A DNA stretch of 16,406 nucleotides from Candidatus Heimdallarchaeota archaeon. GTDB lineage: Archaea; Asgardarchaeota; Heimdallarchaeia; JABLTI01. The stretch is taken from NCBI GenBank assembly GCA_019058275.1, contig JAHLVW010000095.1, positions 1 through 16,406 on the forward strand. Reading direction: 5' to 3'. A model generated the notes under the pieces. That model was not told the origin of the DNA. It did not search any database and saw only the letters and a program-made list of their open reading frames with translations. Every line of letters starts with the position of its first letter. Position 1 is the stretch's first letter. The translations under genes were made by a program, and so were the position numbers. This document shows positions 14,124 through 16,406 of this stretch, piece after piece.

Positions 14124-16406
14124 TCATACTTCTTTCACCAATTTGTACTTGTTAATTCTAGGAATTATTCCCGATAGCCATCCTATTGTTAGCGAACTCA
14201 CAACCATAATTATTGCCAATACAAATAGACCTGTGAATTTGAGACTAAATGATGAATAGGTTTGATTATTACTTGTTAGAAATATTCCGATTAGTTTTCC
14301 AAAAAAGATTCCACAAATCGAACAAATAACAAGTGGAACTATTGCAACAATACTAATTTCAAGAATAAATCCCCTTAGAATTTGTTTTTTTGAGATTCCA
14401 ATTGTATACTCAATTTCAATTGCTTTTGTCCTAATCTTCAGAATATTTGTAATTGTAATGTAACTGTAAAGTATTATTATAAGAAAAGAAACTATTGAGC
14501 TAAATACTAGAAATATTATGGTGAAATTAATACTTTCTAAATCATTCTGATTAGTGATTGAGTTAATATCCAAAACTTCTACATTCGGAGATATTTGATT
14601 AATTTGTTGTTTGATGGAAGTAACGATCTCACTTGAATTTGTTTTAATTAACATAGAATAAGTCTTTGTAATAGATGGTAAAACTAAAGAATCTTCTAAC
14701 GCAGAGCTTGTTTCCAAATTCATAACTAATGAGAATTGGACAGTACTTGATATGAGAGGATTTCTATTAGGTTGTGGTAAAAGTGGGAAGAAATTGAAAC
14801 TGTTTATAAAATTTAAAGAAATGCTTTCTGTTACATCCCCAAATAACTCATTTGTAAATTCCAATCCATCATTATAACCATTTTTTACAGCATAATCTCT
14901 ACACATTAGAAATGATAGATTCTGCTCTAAACTTAAAATATCATCTGTTGTAAATCCATATTCTAAAGTTGATAAATCGATAGTTTCAAGAAGTTCAGTC
15001 TGATTATGAACACACAGAATGGGTACAGTATATTGCTTTTCTCCAAAAAAAGTATCTCTTTCAAGAGTTAGAGTTGAAGTCGTTAGTAAAGTTGTTTTTT
15101 CTACTCCAGAGATATTCAGGACTTCGATTTGCGATGGAAGGAAATTAGAACTCCTAGATATGATAGCTAAATCAGCCCCACCAGTGGATAAGGTGTTTTC
15201 AATAGCTAAATGATTGGTTATAGAGGGCTTTAGAATAATTCCTGGAATGAGACCAATCCCAATTACTAATATAAAAGAAATTATCGTTTTGTAATAACTA
15301 TTGTTAAACTTGATATTCTTTAAAGAAAAGATAAAGAGATTCTTCTTCTTGCTCCAAGATTGCTTACTCAACCAAGAAAATAGTAAAACAATTAACCGTG
15401 AAATCAGGAAAAATACTACTAGAGTAATCATTACAGCTCCAAAGAAAACCAACCCCCAAGCAATATCATGTAAGAATGCATATGAAGGTGGAGCTTCAGA
15501 TGTAAATCTCAAAACAAAAATACCTATACTTGTAGCTGTTACACCAGGAATACTCAGCATAATTTCTGGTATTGAGAAGAATTTTTGTAACCAACTTCTC
15601 TCATGATATGCAAAAGGAATTGATTTTATTGAAGGAATTCTTCTAACTTTTCTTAATTCAATAACTAATCCTAGTATAAGATAAATAATCGAATAGGTTA
15701 ATATCACAAATAAAAACAACGGTGTTGTAATAAAGGAAAAATATTCTTGAAACGAACTAGTACCAAGAAGGTAAGATAAAGGCAAGCCAATTACTACACT
15801 AAATAGATTGCCAATAATCAAGCTAAAAAAGAAAATACCTACCACTTCTATAATTACAATTCGAGATAGGTTTTTCTTACTTATCCCTAGAGTTTGTAAT
15901 AGTCCTAAAGATGCCAGATATTCCTTTTGATTGTAGTTAAAACTTTCATAACAAAGGAAAGAAAGCAAAATAATCAATGGAAAAGTTAGGGATAGTAAAA
16001 TGATTGTTTTCTGAATCCAATTGTTTCGAAAAGTGGTTAATGCATCATATAAATCTAAACCAATTGTATAAGTTTCTTGAGGATCTGAAGCTAATTGCTC
16101 AAGTGAGGTCAGAGTCTTTTGATATTGAGATAAGTATCTGCTTATTTTGCTACCCTTTATTGCTTCATTCACGTAATCAAAATCAACAATAACAGCTCTT
16201 CCAGCAGACAAAGAAGGATATGAATTAGCTATTTCAGCTAGAAACAAGCTAGTCGTAAAGAATTTTTCAAGGGGAGTATAACAATAACGATAGGATTTGA
16301 TATTCGATGTCCAATCTAAAATATCAACTGAAAGCCCATTCAATAGAAAGGCATTATCGAGATTATTGAGGATGCCAACAATAGTGAAATTCATTTTGAA
16401 GGCAAA
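14124..16406 (-). CDS. FtsX/MacB-like ABC transporter permease, paralog of the downstream gene (5' end outside the window)
   Basis: The frame stays open to the window edge (FAFK precedes M at 16394). FtsX-like LLQTLGISKKNL...E and YTIGISKKQIL..FILE motifs. Colinear similarity to the 11255-14107 protein. Confidence 0.85.
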   Translation of the reverse strand, partial: FAFKMNFTIVGILNNLDNAFLLNGLSVDILDWTSNIKSYRYCYTPLEKFFTTSLFLAEIANSYPSLSAGRAVIVDFDYVNEAIKGSKISRYLSQYQKTLTSLEQLASDPQETYTIGLDLYDALTTFRNNWIQKTIILLSLTFPLIILLSFLCYESFNYNQKEYLASLGLLQTLGISKKNLSRIVIIEVVGIFFFSLIIGNLFSVVIGLPLSYLLGTSSFQEYFSFITTPLFLFVILTYSIIYLILGLVIELRKVRRIPSIKSIPFAYHERSWLQKFFSIPEIMLSIPGVTATSIGIFVLRFTSEAPPSYAFLHDIAWGLVFFGAVMITLVVFFLISRLIVLLFSWLSKQSWSKKKNLFIFSLKNIKFNNSYYKTIISFILVIGIGLIPGIILKPSITNHLAIENTLSTGGADLAIISRSSNFLPSQIEVLNISGVEKTTLLTTSTLTLERDTFFGEKQYTVPILCVHNQTELLETIDLSTLEYGFTTDDILSLEQNLSFLMCRDYAVKNGYNDGLEFTNELFGDVTESISLNFINSFNFFPLLPQPNRNPLISSTVQFSLVMNLETSSALEDSLVLPSITKTYSMLIKTNSSEIVTSIKQQINQISPNVEVLDINSITNQNDLESINFTIIFLVFSSIVSFLIIILYSYITITNILKIRTKAIEIEYTIGISKKQILRGFILEISIVAIVPLVICSICGIFFGKLIGIFLTSNNQTYSSFSLKFTGLFVLAIIMVVSSLTIGWLSGIIPRINKYKLVKEV

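Noticed and set aside
9756-16192. Short ORFs at 9756, 10527, 10649, 15019, 15301 and 16004
   Set aside because: All overlap the ABC ATPase or permease genes as shadow frames.
1-16406. CRISPR array, tRNA/rRNA, transposase or integrase
   Set aside because: No regularly spaced repeats, structured GC-rich RNA segments or recombinase motifs were seen, and the intergenic spaces are short.

Overview
AT-rich, probably archaeal window. An Asgard/Heimdallarchaeia-like origin is inferred from a decayed zinc-ribbon/RING gene, the style of the ABC cluster and TATA-like promoters. From left to right: (1) an M20-family metallopeptidase (- strand); (2) an unannotated, frameshifted zinc-ribbon + RING-finger pseudogene in the 1.5-1.9 kb gap; (3) a very AT-rich, tightly coupled 4-gene + strand operon (about 2059-8509) encoding a cobalamin-binding radical SAM enzyme, a SAMHD1/dNTPase-like HD phosphohydrolase with a remodelled substrate pocket, an alpha-class SPPY (N4-cytosine-type) methyltransferase with no restriction nuclease, and a DUF4062(TIR/NDT-like)-NACHT-helical-repeat NLR-like protein; (4) a tandem winged-helix-like hypothetical protein; (5) a - strand MacB/LolCDE-type ABC operon with a double ATPase (AbrB-like linker) and two paralogous FtsX-like permeases, the last cut by the window edge. 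The 4-gene cassette is the main candidate for an undescribed antiviral system based on nucleotide modification. All domain calls come from motifs read by eye; no searches were run.
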